A stretch of 64,000 bases of DNA from a virus (taxonomy: Duplodnaviria > Caudoviricetes): IMG/VR virus record IMGVR_UViG_3300028833_000141, positions 12,579 to 76,578 of that record, one strand, 5' to 3'. A program made the translations under genes and the position numbers. Under the pieces are notes generated by a model, which saw only the letters and a program-made list of their open reading frames with translations, had not been told where the DNA came from and made no database searches. Position 1 is the stretch's first letter; each line of letters opens with the position of its first letter. Of the stretch, positions 63,232 through 64,000 are shown piece after piece.

Positions 63232-63479
63232 TATCCCCACAAATAAAACGATCATTTTATTCATTTTTTATTGTGAAAAGAATATCAATATTTTTTCGGT
63301 TTAGCGTTTCGGTCAGGGTGTTATACCGAAAATAAATTGTATACATATTCATAATTATCGATATGTCTATATGAACGCTAATTCATATGAACCATTATTC
63401 ATATATCCTGGTATTCTCTGATCATTTTGTCATTTTATCGCTTTTTATATCCAACAAATAAAAACAATATACAACAATA

Positions 63480-64000
63480 ACAAACAAATGCAATTTGAAT
63501 ATCTGCAATAATGCAATAATTAAAATTTGCATAAAATAGCGCAAATTTGCACAAATACAGCAATATTTGCATAAAATAAACAATATTTTGCAGATTTTAG
63601 CTAAAATTTGCATAAAATCATAAAAAATTGAATTGCAGAGAATAAGCGCAAATATTACAGCAAAATGATCATATTTTTACATTTTGCAATTTCCGGCGTT
63701 CGCTTTTTTCTTTTTGTCGTTTCATTTCTGCATCAGCGACAGCGCAATATTATTATTGTTGTTGTTGTTGTTATCTGCATCAATACAGCGACAGCGCAAT
63801 TATACAGCGACAGCATATCACTATACAGCTACACAGTAACCACAATACAGCATCAGCATATACAAGCTATACAGCTATACAGCATGAGCGACAGCGACAG
63901 CATATCATGCAATGCAATTATATCATATACTGCAATTATTGCCATTCTGCAAATATTCACAATGCAGAATGCAGATGCAGAACGTTGTGAGGATATGCAG
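63480..64000. repeat. Non-coding low-complexity repeat tract (TGCAA/GCATA, TACAGC, CAGCGACAGC)
   Basis: Many short degenerate repeats; no credible ORF. Confidence 0.6.

Larger units (their letters stand above)
1..64000. mobile_element. Large temperate SPbeta-like siphophage genome segment (unintegrated configuration, attP intact)
   Basis: Terminase, portal, capsid, tail, tape measure, lysis genes, integrase and YonO-like RNAP; phage genes on both sides of the att core. Confidence 0.93.

Noticed and set aside
62816-63613. Short ORFs of 63-70 aa upstream of yonO
   Set aside because: They overlap repeat arrays, have low-complexity composition and lack a convincing RBS
1-64000. Second DGR variable region
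   Set aside because: No other copy of the TR constant segments (TGGGAGCGTTCACCG, GGTGTCGTGGTCGG) noticed by eye; a BLASTN of TR would settle it

Overview
A 64-kb segment of a large temperate siphovirus of a low-GC Firmicutes host, SPbeta-like because it carries a YonO-type RNA polymerase, a YomM-like recombinase next to the tape measure gene, and a RecU. The + strand start holds nrdD-nrdG, a dUTPase fusion, two excisionase-like HTH genes, an attP (3' half of tRNA-Trp with arm-type repeats) and a tyrosine integrase. From about 62.3 kb down to 5.5 kb the - strand carries one late module: YonO, tRNA-Asn, beta-CASP MBL nuclease, ClpP, phosphoesterase, HU, terminase, portal, capsid, neck, tail, lysis cassette, tape measure and tail proteins. 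Main discoveries: (1) A complete diversity-generating retroelement (VR, hairpin, tandem double-Avd, TR, spacer, RT). Its target is not the 1040-aa ORF in the track but a reconstructed 2547-aa tail/receptor-binding protein split by two group I introns. (2) One of those introns has a C.A pair at the 5' splice site and a rewired P7. (3) The tape measure gene (2426 aa spliced) is split by three more group I introns, only one of which carries a homing endonuclease. (4) A tRNA-Asn has an 11-nt tandem duplication starting at its anticodon. All alignments and folds were done by eye; family names come from motif recognition, not database searches.
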